Shown: positions 1 to 10,004, counted from the first letter of the stretch. The stretch is 64,000 bases of DNA from an uncultured virus (IMG/VR IMGVR_UViG_3300033998_000157) (IMGVR_UViG_3300033998_000157); one strand, 5' to 3'. Translations and numbers: made by a program. Notes: generated by a model not told the origin, from the letters alone.

Positions 1-86
1 AAAAACCATTTTATGTTCTCTAAAACCAATCCTCCAAAAACCATTTTATGTTCTCTAAAACCAATCCTCCAAAAACCATTTTATGT
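1..86. repeat. 35-bp tandem repeat (2.5 copies visible, may extend beyond window start)
   Basis: aaaaaccattttatgttctctaaaaccaatcctcc at 1-35 and 36-70, partial at 71-86. Confidence 0.9.
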
Positions 87-457
87 GGTGGGGATTATCC
101 CCCCTCGCCGTCTTCATACAATTTTCTGACGTCTCGGAAACACTCATCAATAAAAGGAAACAAAACAAATCTAAAAATAATAGAAGGTGTCTCAACACTC
201 CTGGAAATTTGTGAAAAATTCGATTGCTAACAAAAATTATAGGATGGATCCCTATAGGGGATTATAGAATGGTATAATTTCTCAAAGTCTTTACTTATCG
301 AAGTTTGGTAAATTTAGTTAATTTTTGGTTGTCTGGGCTCTAAAATTTCACAAAGTCTGAGACTGCTAAAAAAATTAAGGTAGCGTCTAAGCGTCTGAGT
401 AAATTGCATAGGTGAGAAATGGAATGGGAACAAAATAAAAAGGGGCTAACGCCCCCA

Positions 458-766
458 TTATAGGAATGAATATAGTTGTTTTAGTTTGCTTTGTGGTGAA
501 TAAGATTCTTCAATCATAAGATCTATTATATAGTTTGCAACTGAGCGAATATCTTCTGTTGTGAGATTATCAATAGTAAGAGAAATGTATGAATTAGTGA
601 ATTCGAATACTAAGTAGTGGCCTTTTTTACCATTCACATTAGCAATGTAGTATTTAGTAAAGTCGGCATAACTTAAATCTTGGGCGGGCAAAACACCTTT
701 TGTGCTTGTCCCTGTTATATTTGCATTTACATCCCTAAATATTTCTATCATATCAGTTAATCTCAT
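458..766 (-). CDS. hypothetical early protein
   Basis: 102-aa ORF, AGGAGG RBS, TAA stop followed by a GC hairpin and T-run. Confidence 0.7.
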   Translation of the reverse strand: MRLTDMIEIFRDVNANITGTSTKGVLPAQDLSYADFTKYYIANVNGKKGHYLVFEFTNSYISLTIDNLTTEDIRSVANYIIDLMIEESYSPQSKLKQLYSFL

Positions 767-932
767 AATAGTCCCCTCCTTTTAAGTATTGATTTTATTT
801 CATTTTCTAATACAAACACACTTGTATTTTCATCATACTTTTTTAGTAATTCGTTGATAAGCTCTTTCAACACATCGTGTGGAATCATATTTAACCCCCC
901 TTAAAATAAATACGCCCGCATAACGCGGGCTA

Positions 933-1214
933 TTAAAATGCTATTTTATATTTTCCTACTTTTTCTAAGTATTCCATTTGTTCTTCTGGTGTGCTACAAT
1001 TCCTATAACCTTGTGGTAAGTTTCCTGATAACTCTTGATACTTTGTTACTATTTCTAAACCTTTCATAACTAATCTTTTGTTGTATCTTTTGGTAGTTTT
1101 TGGTAATTCTTTCTTTGGTACTGGTATCTTATCTAATAACTTCTTCCCTCCTTCTAATATAGTGTTTTTGCTGATAACTTTTACTCCCTTTTTACCTTCA
1201 ATAATAATCCTCAT
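933..1214 (-). CDS. hypothetical early protein, paralog of 1803..2141
   Basis: GGGAGG RBS, conserved upstream motif; shares MxII, LExGxKL, PxxY and ExQxxYLxxxGK pattern with 1803..2141. Confidence 0.75.
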   Translation of the reverse strand: MRIIIEGKKGVKVISKNTILEGGKKLLDKIPVPKKELPKTTKRYNKRLVMKGLEIVTKYQELSGNLPQGYRNCSTPEEQMEYLEKVGKYKIAF

Positions 1215-1403
1215 AACTCTACCTCCCTTATAGATTTTTGGTACAATACACAGGTCGTCTCAACACTTTGTAATCAGGGATAGCTAGTCCTTCGGGATAA
1301 TAAAAGTAATTGTGGTTGGTTATTGAATCGTCCGAGCAACATTCAATCGTCTCCTTACGTCGCCGTTGTAATTAAAAGATCTATAATAAAAAAAGGAGCA
1401 GAA

Positions 1404-1787
1404 TTATCTGCCCCTATATTTTCTTAATATTCTTTTTAAATTAGTATAGTTATAATATGCTTCTTTTTCTACTTCTCTGTCATAATGTTTTCTTACTTTT
1501 GCCCAATAACATCCATCTTCTGGATCGATGCTTGGACCCCAAGTTATATATTCTCCATCTTCCAGACTGGCATCTGGATTGTTTGGATCATCAATTTTTC
1601 TCCAGTACCAGTCTGTGACGTCATCTTCGTATTCTTTGTAGACTACTACTAATGACCCTGAATATTCATCGATGTAATGTTTTACATAATCATCTTTAAA
1701 TTCATTTTTAAGAAACGTTTGAAATTCTTTTTTATACATTTTTATGTATTTTCTTATCATGTTTGATTCTTTTAAACTTGCTATCAT
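1404..1787 (-). CDS. hypothetical early protein
   Basis: ATG at 1787 after GGGAGG; in frame with the upstream ORF across a TAG. Confidence 0.7.
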   Translation of the reverse strand: MIASLKESNMIRKYIKMYKKEFQTFLKNEFKDDYVKHYIDEYSGSLVVVYKEYEDDVTDWYWRKIDDPNNPDASLEDGEYITWGPSIDPEDGCYWAKVRKHYDREVEKEAYYNYTNLKRILRKYRGR

Positions 1788-1802
1788 AATATTACCTCCC
1801 AC

Positions 1803-2141
1803 CTATACTAATTTGATATTATTTTTTCCTATTCTGTATAAATAATTTATTTGCCCTTCAAGATCACCCTTTAACAATATCTCTTTATATTGTAATGGGT
1901 AATCTTTGTATTTTCTGAAATACTGTAACACCTCTTCTCTGCCCTTTTGGGCATATTTGAATTTGTGTTGCATTTCTAAACTGTCTTTCATTTCCTCTAA
2001 TTTTTCATCTACTTCTTTTATTACTTTTTCTGCGAATTCTTTTGCTTTGTCTTTTGCTTTTTTGAATAATTTCATACCTTTTTCCAACATTTTATCTACA
2101 TCAATTTCAGTTCTTTTACCATTATCGAATATTATTTTCAT
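1803..2141 (-). CDS. hypothetical early protein (TAG-terminated), paralog of 933..1214
   Basis: AGGAGG RBS, upstream motif; its C-terminus aligns with the end of the paralog. Confidence 0.75.
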   Translation of the reverse strand: MKIIFDNGKRTEIDVDKMLEKGMKLFKKAKDKAKEFAEKVIKEVDEKLEEMKDSLEMQHKFKYAQKGREEVLQYFRKYKDYPLQYKEILLKGDLEGQINYLYRIGKNNIKLV

Positions 2142-2249
2142 GCTATAACCTCCTTATAAAATTTATTTTCTACGCTACACGTCTCGTCCTCTCGTCGTCA
2201 GGGATAGCTTGCTAGCGCAAAAGAAAAAAATAAATAAAAGAACAGGAGC

Positions 2250-2510
2250 TTATTGCCCCTGTTTATACAAACCAAATAACATTGGATCTACTCTGTTCAA
2301 TATATTATCAAAGTATGTTGCTATGAGTTCAAATTCTTTATTCTTAAACTTATGATATTTTCTAAATGTCATAGCTATACCGTTTTCTTTCATATATGTT
2401 TCTTCTGTGACTTTTATTGTATTACCAAACCATGATTCTTTTATTTTGTACGTTTTAACTACTACTGGATCATCCATAATTTGTTTAGATAAAATTAACT
2501 TTCTACCCAC
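2250..2510 (-). CDS. hypothetical protein
   Basis: GTG start after AGGAGG, TAA stop. Confidence 0.65.
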   Translation of the reverse strand: MGRKLILSKQIMDDPVVVKTYKIKESWFGNTIKVTEETYMKENGIAMTFRKYHKFKNKEFELIATYFDNILNRVDPMLFGLYKQGQ

Positions 2511-2571
2511 AATAAATCCCTCCTTAATGTGATAATAAAAAAATAAAGGGCAAACGCCCTTTATATTTCTG

Positions 2572-2856
2572 TTATTTCGTATATTCTTTTATAGTGTCTT
2601 CTTGTTCACCATCTTCAAACCATTCTGCGAATCCTTCTTTGACAAACACACCTTTTTTTGTTAGTTCTACCATATAGAATTCATCTTTGGAATAATCTCC
2701 ATCTCTTTCTACTTCATGAGAGATTATCCATCTTGTTATTACATCTTTTGGAGCTTCTTCTACTTCTTCTTTTATTAATTCTTTTCCTTCATATATTGCT
2801 TCTACAACGTCATTGAATAAGAATACTAATTTAGGTGATACATAACAATTACTCAT
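2572..2856 (-). CDS. hypothetical acidic protein
   Basis: ATG at 2856 after GGAGG; upstream motif. Confidence 0.65.
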   Translation of the reverse strand: MSNCYVSPKLVFLFNDVVEAIYEGKELIKEEVEEAPKDVITRWIISHEVERDGDYSKDEFYMVELTKKGVFVKEGFAEWFEDGEQEDTIKEYTK

Positions 2857-3073
2857 ACCAACACCTCCACAGAGAATTTTGTACAATACACGTCTCGTCT
2901 TATCTAAAACAGGGATAGCTTAGATCTAAAATAAAAAACGTCCTCTCGTCGTCGGGGATAGCTTAGGTAAATAAATAATAAAATAAAAAAAGAAATAAAG
3001 GGGAATTAATCCCCTATTATTTCTTCTTCATATTCTTCATCTTAAGATTAAAGGGAACCTTTCGGCTCCCTTA

Positions 3074-3394
3074 TTATATTAATCTATATACATGATAGAA
3101 TTTTATTGTAGAACCTTCTGGTAATTCTGTTGCACCTTCTGGTAATCTTGGTCCTATATATTGTGCAACTATAAGTTCATCTGTTGGTTCTAATGTTATA
3201 TTTATTCTATTTACTTGAACTTCTATTCCAAGAATACTACTTACTACATTTGCTGTATCTGCATGACCTATACCACTTGCAAATCCAAATTTACTTAACT
3301 TTGTTTTTGCTTCTTCTGCTGTAATTTCTTTAAATGCTAATTTTGTTGAACCTGTTAACATATTAATACTAAATGCATTTGTTAAATATACCAA
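3074..3394 (-). CDS. acrIII-1: AcrIII-1 / DUF1874 family viral ring nuclease (anti type III CRISPR)
   Basis: family signatures YLxNAFSINML, SGIGHADT (catalytic His), NRINITL and RLPEG; TTG start after GGGAGG. Confidence 0.9.
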   Translation of the reverse strand: MVYLTNAFSINMLTGSTKLAFKEITAEEAKTKLSKFGFASGIGHADTANVVSSILGIEVQVNRINITLEPTDELIVAQYIGPRLPEGATELPEGSTIKFYHVYRLI

Positions 3395-3498
3395 TTTGGA
3401 CACCTCCCTAGAAATTTTTGTACAATACACGTCTCGTCCTCACATCATCAGGGATAGCTTTATGTATAAAAAATAAATAAATAAAGAAGATGACTGGG

Positions 3499-3648
3499 TT
3501 ATTCCCAATCATCATTTATTTCAAATACTTCTGTAAAAACTTTTATTTTATCACCATCCTTTACTATTGTTAGTTCTACTTTTATTTCTTTTTCTTCATC
3601 TCCTTCTTTGATTGTAAATGGTATATAAAACTCACCTAATGTTTTCAA
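3499..3648 (-). CDS. small hypothetical protein
   Basis: TTG start after GGAGG; upstream motif. Confidence 0.55.
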   Translation of the reverse strand: MKTLGEFYIPFTIKEGDEEKEIKVELTIVKDGDKIKVFTEVFEINDDWE

Positions 3649-3770
3649 GTTAAACACCTCCACATTTAGATTTGTACAATACACGTCTCGTCCTATTACC
3701 GTCAGGGATAGTCATAGTTCAAATTAAAAAAAGACATTTAAAAATAAGTAAGGAGTCCTTGCGGACCCCC

Positions 3771-3977
3771 TTATTTTCTTAATCTATAATCCATTATTTT
3801 ATTTTCTACATCAAGTTTCCATTCTAACATTTTAGCAGGGATTGATTGTATTTCCCATTTTATTAACCCTGCTTTTAATTCTAAAATTGTTAGATTTGCT
3901 TTTATAATATCTGTATTTACTTTTGTTGCTGCTATAACCATAATGATTATAACAGCAGCTAATAATAATTTTCTCAT
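3771..3977 (-). CDS. small membrane-anchored or secreted protein
   Basis: N-terminal hydrophobic stretch MRKLLLAAVIIIMVIAA; GGGAGG RBS. Confidence 0.65.
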   Translation of the reverse strand: MRKLLLAAVIIIMVIAATKVNTDIIKANLTILELKAGLIKWEIQSIPAKMLEWKLDVENKIMDYRLRK

Positions 3978-4108
3978 TATCCAACCTCCCTTTCAGTGTA
4001 TGTTTTCTACAATACACAACTCGTCTTAACTATTAGTTATATGGGTTAGTTAATCGTCTAAACAAAATAACGCAAGGGTTAAACACCCTGTATAAAGATA
4101 ATAGCTCA

Positions 4109-4300
4109 TCAGCTTTTTGCTGATGAGCTATTATTTTTTTTGTAAAATCTTTTATTTTCATACAATACCTTAAGCACTTTGATTGTAGCTTCGGCATCTA
4201 ATTCGCCAGCTACAATCATTTTATTCAATTCATATAACACTTTTGTTCTATCGATTCCCCAAAGGGAATCGATTAGAACTTTTAACAATAGTTCATCCAT
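4109..4300 (-). CDS. small hypothetical protein
   Basis: GGAGG RBS, partial upstream motif, TGA stop. Confidence 0.6.
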   Translation of the reverse strand: MDELLLKVLIDSLWGIDRTKVLYELNKMIVAGELDAEATIKVLKVLYENKRFYKKNNSSSAKS

Positions 4301-4854
4301 ACCAACACCTCCACGTAAGATTTGTACAATACACCAATCGTCATAGCGTGTTTAGGAGGGGGTGGGGCAAAAATCTCACGAGTTTTGTCCGAACGGAGAG
4401 AGGGGGACTATCCCCCATCTCCATTTCCGTAAGGTTTGTAGCCATTTCTGTAAGGTTCTTGATATCTTTTCTTGTTTAATCTTGAAAGCTCTTGTTGATT
4501 TGAATATCTTTTGCAAATAGAGCGGTGCTATAATTTTGATATATTATTTTAAAAAGCTTGTTCTTTGTTTGAATATTTTGAAGGATTTTGAAGGATTTTG
4601 GAGGCTTTTGAAGAAGTTTGGTGTTATCTATTTGGATGTTGTTATCTTTTGGAGAAGTTTGGTATATTTAAAGGGGGTGGGGCAGAATAAAAGCTCTTTG
4701 CAATTTGCAAAGGGGGTTAGGCTAAAAATAATATAATAGAATTTTTGGAAACTCTTGGTAAATTTCTTTATATTTTAATGTGTTTGTCAAATACCCCGCC
4801 GCCCCGCTTCGCTTGTTTTAACAAAATAATGTTAAAATAAACCGAGGTGATGAT

Positions 4855-5586
4855 ATGTCTAAAGTAATTGCGTTTTATAATGTGAGAAAAGGTGTAGGGA
4901 AGACTTTTTTAAGTTATTTATTTGGAGCATCTTTGGCATATAAAAACGTGCTTTTGATAGATATGAATCCTCAGGATGATTTAACTAATATGTTATTGAA
5001 TGAACGTGATTTAAAATTTGTTGGTGGATTAAATAGTGGAATGATATTTTCTGACAAAGACTTTTTGTATAATGATATTGTTTTTGATAGTAAAATAGAA
5101 GGGTTAAAGATAATACCAGCACATTTGTCTTTGGTAAAACATGAGATTCCGCAATTTGAACAAAGCGATTCGAGATTGAAGATGTTTATAGAGAGACATT
5201 ATAATGAGTTCGATTATATTTTGATAGACGGGCCATCGACGTTAGGGAATTTGGCATATAATATCATACAAGCTTCTGATAGTATAGTTATACCTGTTAA
5301 GCCAGAAATGCAAGCCGATATAGGTATTATATTGACTTATAATGTAATAAATAGATATACAAATAAGGACGTAGTTTGTGTAATGAACAAAGTGAATGGT
5401 GAAAATGAACGGTATGCGAAAGATCTAAATGCGAAATACGGTAGAGTGTTTATAGATGAAGTTGTTTATGATATGGAAGAAGATTTGAAGGAATGGAAAC
5501 GTAAAGGAATGAAAGACTATGTTCTATTGTCATCGAAAAACTTTACGATTATAAATGGAGTTTTAAATAGAAAAGTATTTGTATAA
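4855..5586 (+). CDS. parA: ParA/Soj family ATPase (divergent, no adjacent partner)
   Basis: NVRKGVGKT Walker A variant, LLIDMNPQ, DYILIDGP, ASDSIVIPV. Confidence 0.85.
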   Translation: MSKVIAFYNVRKGVGKTFLSYLFGASLAYKNVLLIDMNPQDDLTNMLLNERDLKFVGGLNSGMIFSDKDFLYNDIVFDSKIEGLKIIPAHLSLVKHEIPQFEQSDSRLKMFIERHYNEFDYILIDGPSTLGNLAYNIIQASDSIVIPVKPEMQADIGIILTYNVINRYTNKDVVCVMNKVNGENERYAKDLNAKYGRVFIDEVVYDMEEDLKEWKRKGMKDYVLLSSKNFTIINGVLNRKVFV

Positions 5587-5725
5587 AAAGAGCCTCCGTG
5601 TTGGAGGCTTATGCTTTCTAATATGGGGTTTTATATGTTGAGATACTGTACTAAAAAAGCGTCTGGAAAAACCAGACGCTGGGCCGTAAAGGCAATTAAA
5701 TTCAGTTAGGGTCGTATAGACACAG

Positions 5726-6289
5726 TTAAATTTTAGCATACGGGCTTTTATATATTATTTCTAAATAAGGGCTTTCATAGAGATCTTGAGGTGAACACCA
5801 TTCATCTTTTTCGCAAACTGGAAGTCCTATTTCTCTATATACTCTTGCAACTGCTTCTGAACAAATGAGTGCATCTTTATTATCTCCACCCATTTTATCT
5901 TCGAGAAGTTTTTCTAATCCGAAAGCTGTACCTAATTCTGCTACGCCGTTTTTTACTAGTGATGTATAATCATATGGAACATTCCAATATTTTTTCATAG
6001 CTTCTTGAATTTCTGTATAGTTAGATAACTTTGGATGACGTAAAATAGTAAGTTTAGAAAGTGTCTACATATTATGTTCTATAATGTGTGTTCCGGCTCC
6101 TGTGGCTGCTAATACATAGTTAGATGAATAAACTATCTCAGCGTGGATATATTCATTGCGTGATAAAAGCATCTATGTATCTGCTACCCATTTACCGAAT
6201 GTATCCTATACTGTTTGATAAAGATCTAATCTGGTTGGGAATAATAAAATATCTCCTGGTTTTAATGAAAAAGCTTCTATGGTTTTCAT
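5726..6289 (-). CDS. permuted papain-like NlpC/P60 (YiiX/YebB-like) protein; 3 in-frame TAG
   Basis: with TAG as sense: LKPGDILL, YIHAEI, PYDY, ICSEAVARVY; ATG overlaps the upstream TGA. Confidence 0.8.
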
Positions 6290-6678
6290 TTTACCACCTT
6301 CTCTATTAAAACGAATGTTGAAGCAGAGTCTTTGTTTTCGTAGATATCAATTATTTTGAAGTTAGAGAATAAATAGCTTGCATATTTATAAGAAATTCCT
6401 ATAAACTTATATTCTGTATCGACTTTATCGAATTTTAAAATGAAACCTTCTTTATCTTCTGATGTTTTTGTGAAAGGTCTTGAAAAGAAAATAACCACTT
6501 CTTCAACTGTCTAATTTTTAAATATCATTACAGTTCTTTCTGCTTTTTCAGCTTCTTCTATGGTAGCAAATACTGTTTTGCTTTGAGGTTTAAATGTCTA
6601 ATAAGTTATAAATGCACCTACCTAAAGTGCAATCTAAGTTATGATAGCCACCCAGTTGTGCCAGTCAATTTTAATCAT
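6286..6678 (-). CDS. membrane-anchored protein; 4 in-frame TAG
   Basis: MIKIDWHNWVAIIT*IAL*VGAFITY*TF forms one transmembrane helix if *=Ala; AGGAG RBS. Confidence 0.75.
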
Positions 6679-6964
6679 TGATTTTCACTCCTATTTTTTT
6701 AGCAATAGATGCTTTTGCCTAAATAAGTTGCATAATTTCTTCTTCTAATTCTTCATCTTCTATGGTGGTTATAAAATCAATTCCTGCGTCTACTAAATAT
6801 AATCCAAGATTGTTTGAAACTTTATCTGCTTGTTCATCTCCTAATTTGCTTCTTAGCAATTCAACAAGTTTTTTAATATATTTTTCTGGATCTGCTTTAA
6901 CAAGTAAAATTCCAGAAGCGAATGTTAAACCTGCACCTACTATAAACCATAATAATCCTTCCAT
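6671..6964 (-). CDS. small membrane protein, holin-like candidate; 1 in-frame TAG
   Basis: AGGAGG RBS, N-terminal TM helix; TAG read-through ends at a TAA overlapping the next ATG. Confidence 0.65.
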
Positions 6965-7032
6965 GATAACACCTCCTATGATTTTGTTCAAATGTTAATT
7001 AACAAATGAGACTTAAAAAAGAGGTGATTGAT

Positions 7033-7344
7033 ATGGAAGAAATTATAGATATTTTTAACGATATCTCTAATTTTGTATTAAAAGCCGTATATTAGTCTTA
7101 TAATTCTCGAACAATGAAAGAAATGAAGTATTAGTATCAAAATTTAATAAAGGAAGATATTAAGAATATTATTGCAGAAAGGTTGTCTCGTATTTTTGTA
7201 ATTGATAAAATTAAATTGAAACAGTTAATTGAAAATTATATTGTAATAATTATTAACTTTGAAAAGCCTGATGTAATAGTAAAAATCCCATTTGTATTTT
7301 ACGAAGAACTATTGAAAACAACAATAGTTCATGATATAAAGTGA
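7033..7344 (+). CDS. hypothetical protein; 2 in-frame TAG
   Basis: GAGGTG RBS, open to TGA when TAG is sense; absent from the ORF track. Confidence 0.7.
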
Positions 7345-7375
7345 CAAAAAATGGTCTAGCTTATGCTAGACCTTT

Positions 7376-8083
7376 TTAATAACCTCTATCTTGTCTATCG
7401 AAATTTTCGATATTTTTAATTACATATATTTCTAATACCAATGGTTGATAATAGTCCTTCATAGTAGTTGCATACGTAATACTTGCATTATTAAATGAAT
7501 TCAATAACATTAAATATAAAAATCTTATTCTGTTATTTAATTCTTGTGCATCAAATTCTGTATAATTTTTCCAATGTTTCCAATGAAGTTTTTCTAAAAT
7601 ATACGATAGTTGATAAATGTATCTTCTGATTGTAAGTTCGCCATTTAATTTTGCGTATTCAACATTTAATATTTCTTTTGCGTCATTTACAATTTCTTCT
7701 TTATAATTAGCTATTTCGCTTAAATCATAACCCTTTTCCTTTACTACTGATAATAATGCTAATTGTAAAACAAAATGTATAGCATCTACTATTTCAAACA
7801 TTTCTTCAAAAGCAATTTTTCTTATTGTTTCATTGATAGTATTTTTCCATACATCATATTCTATTAATTCGTCCATTATAGATAAAACCATGTTGCTCAT
7901 AAGCTTATCTAATCCGTAATTCCATAATTCTTTTTTGTTAATGATATATACCATAAGATCGAATTGAAGATCTAACATTATTTCTATATCTTTCATGCCT
8001 AATCCTTTCTTTTGTTTTATAATGTCACGAGCTTTTATTCTGTTATTAGCGAACACACTATCCATGTGTTTGGTATCACTCAT
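7376..8083 (-). CDS. dimeric all-alpha dUTPase-like protein
   Basis: DELIEYDVWK and EEMFEIVDAIHFVL motifs, WKHWK, KNIENFDRQ..GY end. Confidence 0.75.
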   Translation of the reverse strand: MSDTKHMDSVFANNRIKARDIIKQKKGLGMKDIEIMLDLQFDLMVYIINKKELWNYGLDKLMSNMVLSIMDELIEYDVWKNTINETIRKIAFEEMFEIVDAIHFVLQLALLSVVKEKGYDLSEIANYKEEIVNDAKEILNVEYAKLNGELTIRRYIYQLSYILEKLHWKHWKNYTEFDAQELNNRIRFLYLMLLNSFNNASITYATTMKDYYQPLVLEIYVIKNIENFDRQDRGY

Positions 8084-8702
8084 TTATTTCTACCTCCTTT
8101 TCTTCACTCAATTGCTTTTTAGTCATTTCGATAGTATAACATTCTAAACAAAGAGGGATATATTTATCTTCTCCACCAACGTCTATAACATTATCGCTAC
8201 CTTCTTTTTTAAATGAGATTGTTCTTCCAATAGCACCACATTTTCTACATACACCTGATATCTTTTCTACTTTATCTGCAATAGCCATTAAATTAGCTGT
8301 AATTTTAAAAGGTTCGTTTTTATAATTCACATCTAATCCAGCTACATATACATTTACATTTGTAATAAGTGCTGTTTTTATTATACCAATAATATGTTCA
8401 TCAAAAAATTGTATTTCATCTATGAAAATTGAATTGAATTTATCTTCTGTTCTGTTTAATAATTTAATTATATCAGACACATGTTCTATGACCATTGCTT
8501 GTTCAGAAGCTCCGTTATGCGTTTTAATTGCACTAAATTTAACGCCGTCTATATCTATAATATCATCATATCTTGTGTCGATTGCGGGTTTTAATAATAT
8601 AACCTTTTTGCCTGCTCTTTTATGCATGTCATAAGTGTTTAATAAAGCGGAAGTCTTACCAGAAAACATCCCCCCTACATACATTGTTAATTGCCCAGCC
8701 AT
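8076..8702 (-). CDS. tdk: thymidine kinase
   Basis: GGMFSGKT, KPAIDTRY, IDEIQFF, VAGLD, zinc cysteines, VGGEDKYIPLC. Confidence 0.95.
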   Translation of the reverse strand: MAGQLTMYVGGMFSGKTSALLNTYDMHKRAGKKVILLKPAIDTRYDDIIDIDGVKFSAIKTHNGASEQAMVIEHVSDIIKLLNRTEDKFNSIFIDEIQFFDEHIIGIIKTALITNVNVYVAGLDVNYKNEPFKITANLMAIADKVEKISGVCRKCGAIGRTISFKKEGSDNVIDVGGEDKYIPLCLECYTIEMTKKQLSEEKEVEINE

Positions 8703-8713
8703 TTTATCACCCC

Positions 8714-9175
8714 TCAGAATAAAGGTTTTTTAGGCATTTGTTTTTTATCGGCAATAATAATATTTTTAGATGATATAGAATCTTTTGCTTGTTTAATAAT
8801 AGCTGTTTTCATGGCTTTTATATTTTCTTTTATATTATCTCTGTCGGCAAATAAATACATAATTTTATATAGCTCATTCTTAATTCTATCTATATGTTTC
8901 TGATCTTCCTCTGTAATTGTAAAGTCTATATTTTCTATATCCTTTTCTAATTCATTTAAATTACCATAGTTAAAATTGCCAATAAATTTATTCATTTCGC
9001 GTGCGTTTAAATAAAAGTTTGTAGCATATCTATCTATTACTTCTGTCACATCTGTTTCTTCTGGTGTGATAACCAATTCAGATAAAATACCTAATAATAA
9101 GTTTGCTACTTGCAATCTGTTGTCAAAATCAGTAAATAGTTGTTGAAAATACATGCCTAAATTGTTTTGATCCAT
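8714..9175 (-). CDS. hypothetical protein
   Basis: ORF with probable ATG at 9175 after AAGGAG. Confidence 0.65.
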   Translation of the reverse strand: MDQNNLGMYFQQLFTDFDNRLQVANLLLGILSELVITPEETDVTEVIDRYATNFYLNAREMNKFIGNFNYGNLNELEKDIENIDFTITEEDQKHIDRIKNELYKIMYLFADRDNIKENIKAMKTAIIKQAKDSISSKNIIIADKKQMPKKPLF

Positions 9176-9268
9176 GCTATCAACTCCTTTTATAAATTTC
9201 ATTATAATTATATATGCAGGAGTCAAAAATAACTAAAAAAGCGAGGCATTAAGCCCCGCTTAGTTTAA

Positions 9269-9538
9269 TTAAAACAATTCTTTTAATGTTTTTGATGCTT
9301 TAAATTTAACAGCTTTGTGAGCAGGAATTACAATTTGTTCTTTTGTTTGTGGATTAACTCCATTTCTTGCTGCTCTTTCTACTACCTCAAATTTACCAAA
9401 ATCTGGCAATGCTACATAATCTTCTTTCTTTAATGCTTCTTTTGTAACTTCAACAAATGCATCTAATACAGCATCTACTTCTTTTTGTGTTATACCTGTT
9501 TTTTCAGAAATTGCCTTTAATAATTCTTTCTTTGTCAT
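9269..9538 (-). CDS. hup: HU family DNA-binding protein
   Basis: MTKKEL, FGKFEV, RAARNGVNPQT, VKFKASKTLK. Confidence 0.95.
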   Translation of the reverse strand: MTKKELLKAISEKTGITQKEVDAVLDAFVEVTKEALKKEDYVALPDFGKFEVVERAARNGVNPQTKEQIVIPAHKAVKFKASKTLKELF

Positions 9539-9553
9539 TTTATCTCCTCCTTA

Positions 9554-9931
9554 TTAATTTTTGCTATAATATTCTTCTAATGTATCTGAATAATAATCTT
9601 TTTTATTAATTATATAATAAGTATTAGTGAAAATTTCGTTATCGATAACATAAAATTCACCATATGCACCGCGAATAATCCAATCATACATTTTCCATTT
9701 TAAATATCCTTCTAACGAAAATACGTGTAAAGTGGCATCAGTAAATTTAACAAATGTACCTCGTTTTCCTCGCCAAATTTTACCTTTGTTTTCTTCTATT
9801 AATTCAGGCGTAATTTGCACTACTTCAATAGCAATCGGTCTTTTGAGTGCACTGTTAAAGTATTTTTTATAGTCTTTATATTCCACATCAACAAAGCTGT
9901 ACTCGCTCACCTTTGCACCTCGCTTATACAA
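9554..9931 (-). CDS. PGDYG-like phage protein (true start may be the GTG near 9910)
   Basis: KRPIAIEVVQ, LEG, DWIIRGAYGEFY, IFTNTY pattern. Confidence 0.6.
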   Translation of the reverse strand: MYKRGAKVSEYSFVDVEYKDYKKYFNSALKRPIAIEVVQITPELIEENKGKIWRGKRGTFVKFTDATLHVFSLEGYLKWKMYDWIIRGAYGEFYVIDNEIFTNTYYIINKKDYYSDTLEEYYSKN

Positions 9932-10004
9932 ATCTCCTGGATTATTATATTATCAAATAGAAAATAACTTATTTATATTAATCTTGAATATTGTGGTTTT
10001 AAAC

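Larger units (their letters stand above)
1241..4342 (-). promoter_or_regulatory. family of conserved upstream elements AGCTATCCCTG-N-GACGAGACGTGTATTGTAC (8 full or partial copies)
   Basis: copies at 1241-1285, 2171-2209, 2881-2920, 2939-2964 (partial), 3420-3459, 3674-3712, 4008-4026 (partial), 4324-4342 (partial); seven end 24-31 nt before a start codon. Confidence 0.8.

Noticed and set aside
48..230. ORF 48..230, and likewise 4243..4479 and 4536..4736
   Set aside because: They overlap repeats or low-complexity DNA and lack an RBS; probably spurious
1241..4342. CRISPR array or integron attC cassettes
   Set aside because: Repeats are separated by whole genes, are not attC-like palindromes, sit at a fixed distance from start codons, and no cas or integrase gene is nearby
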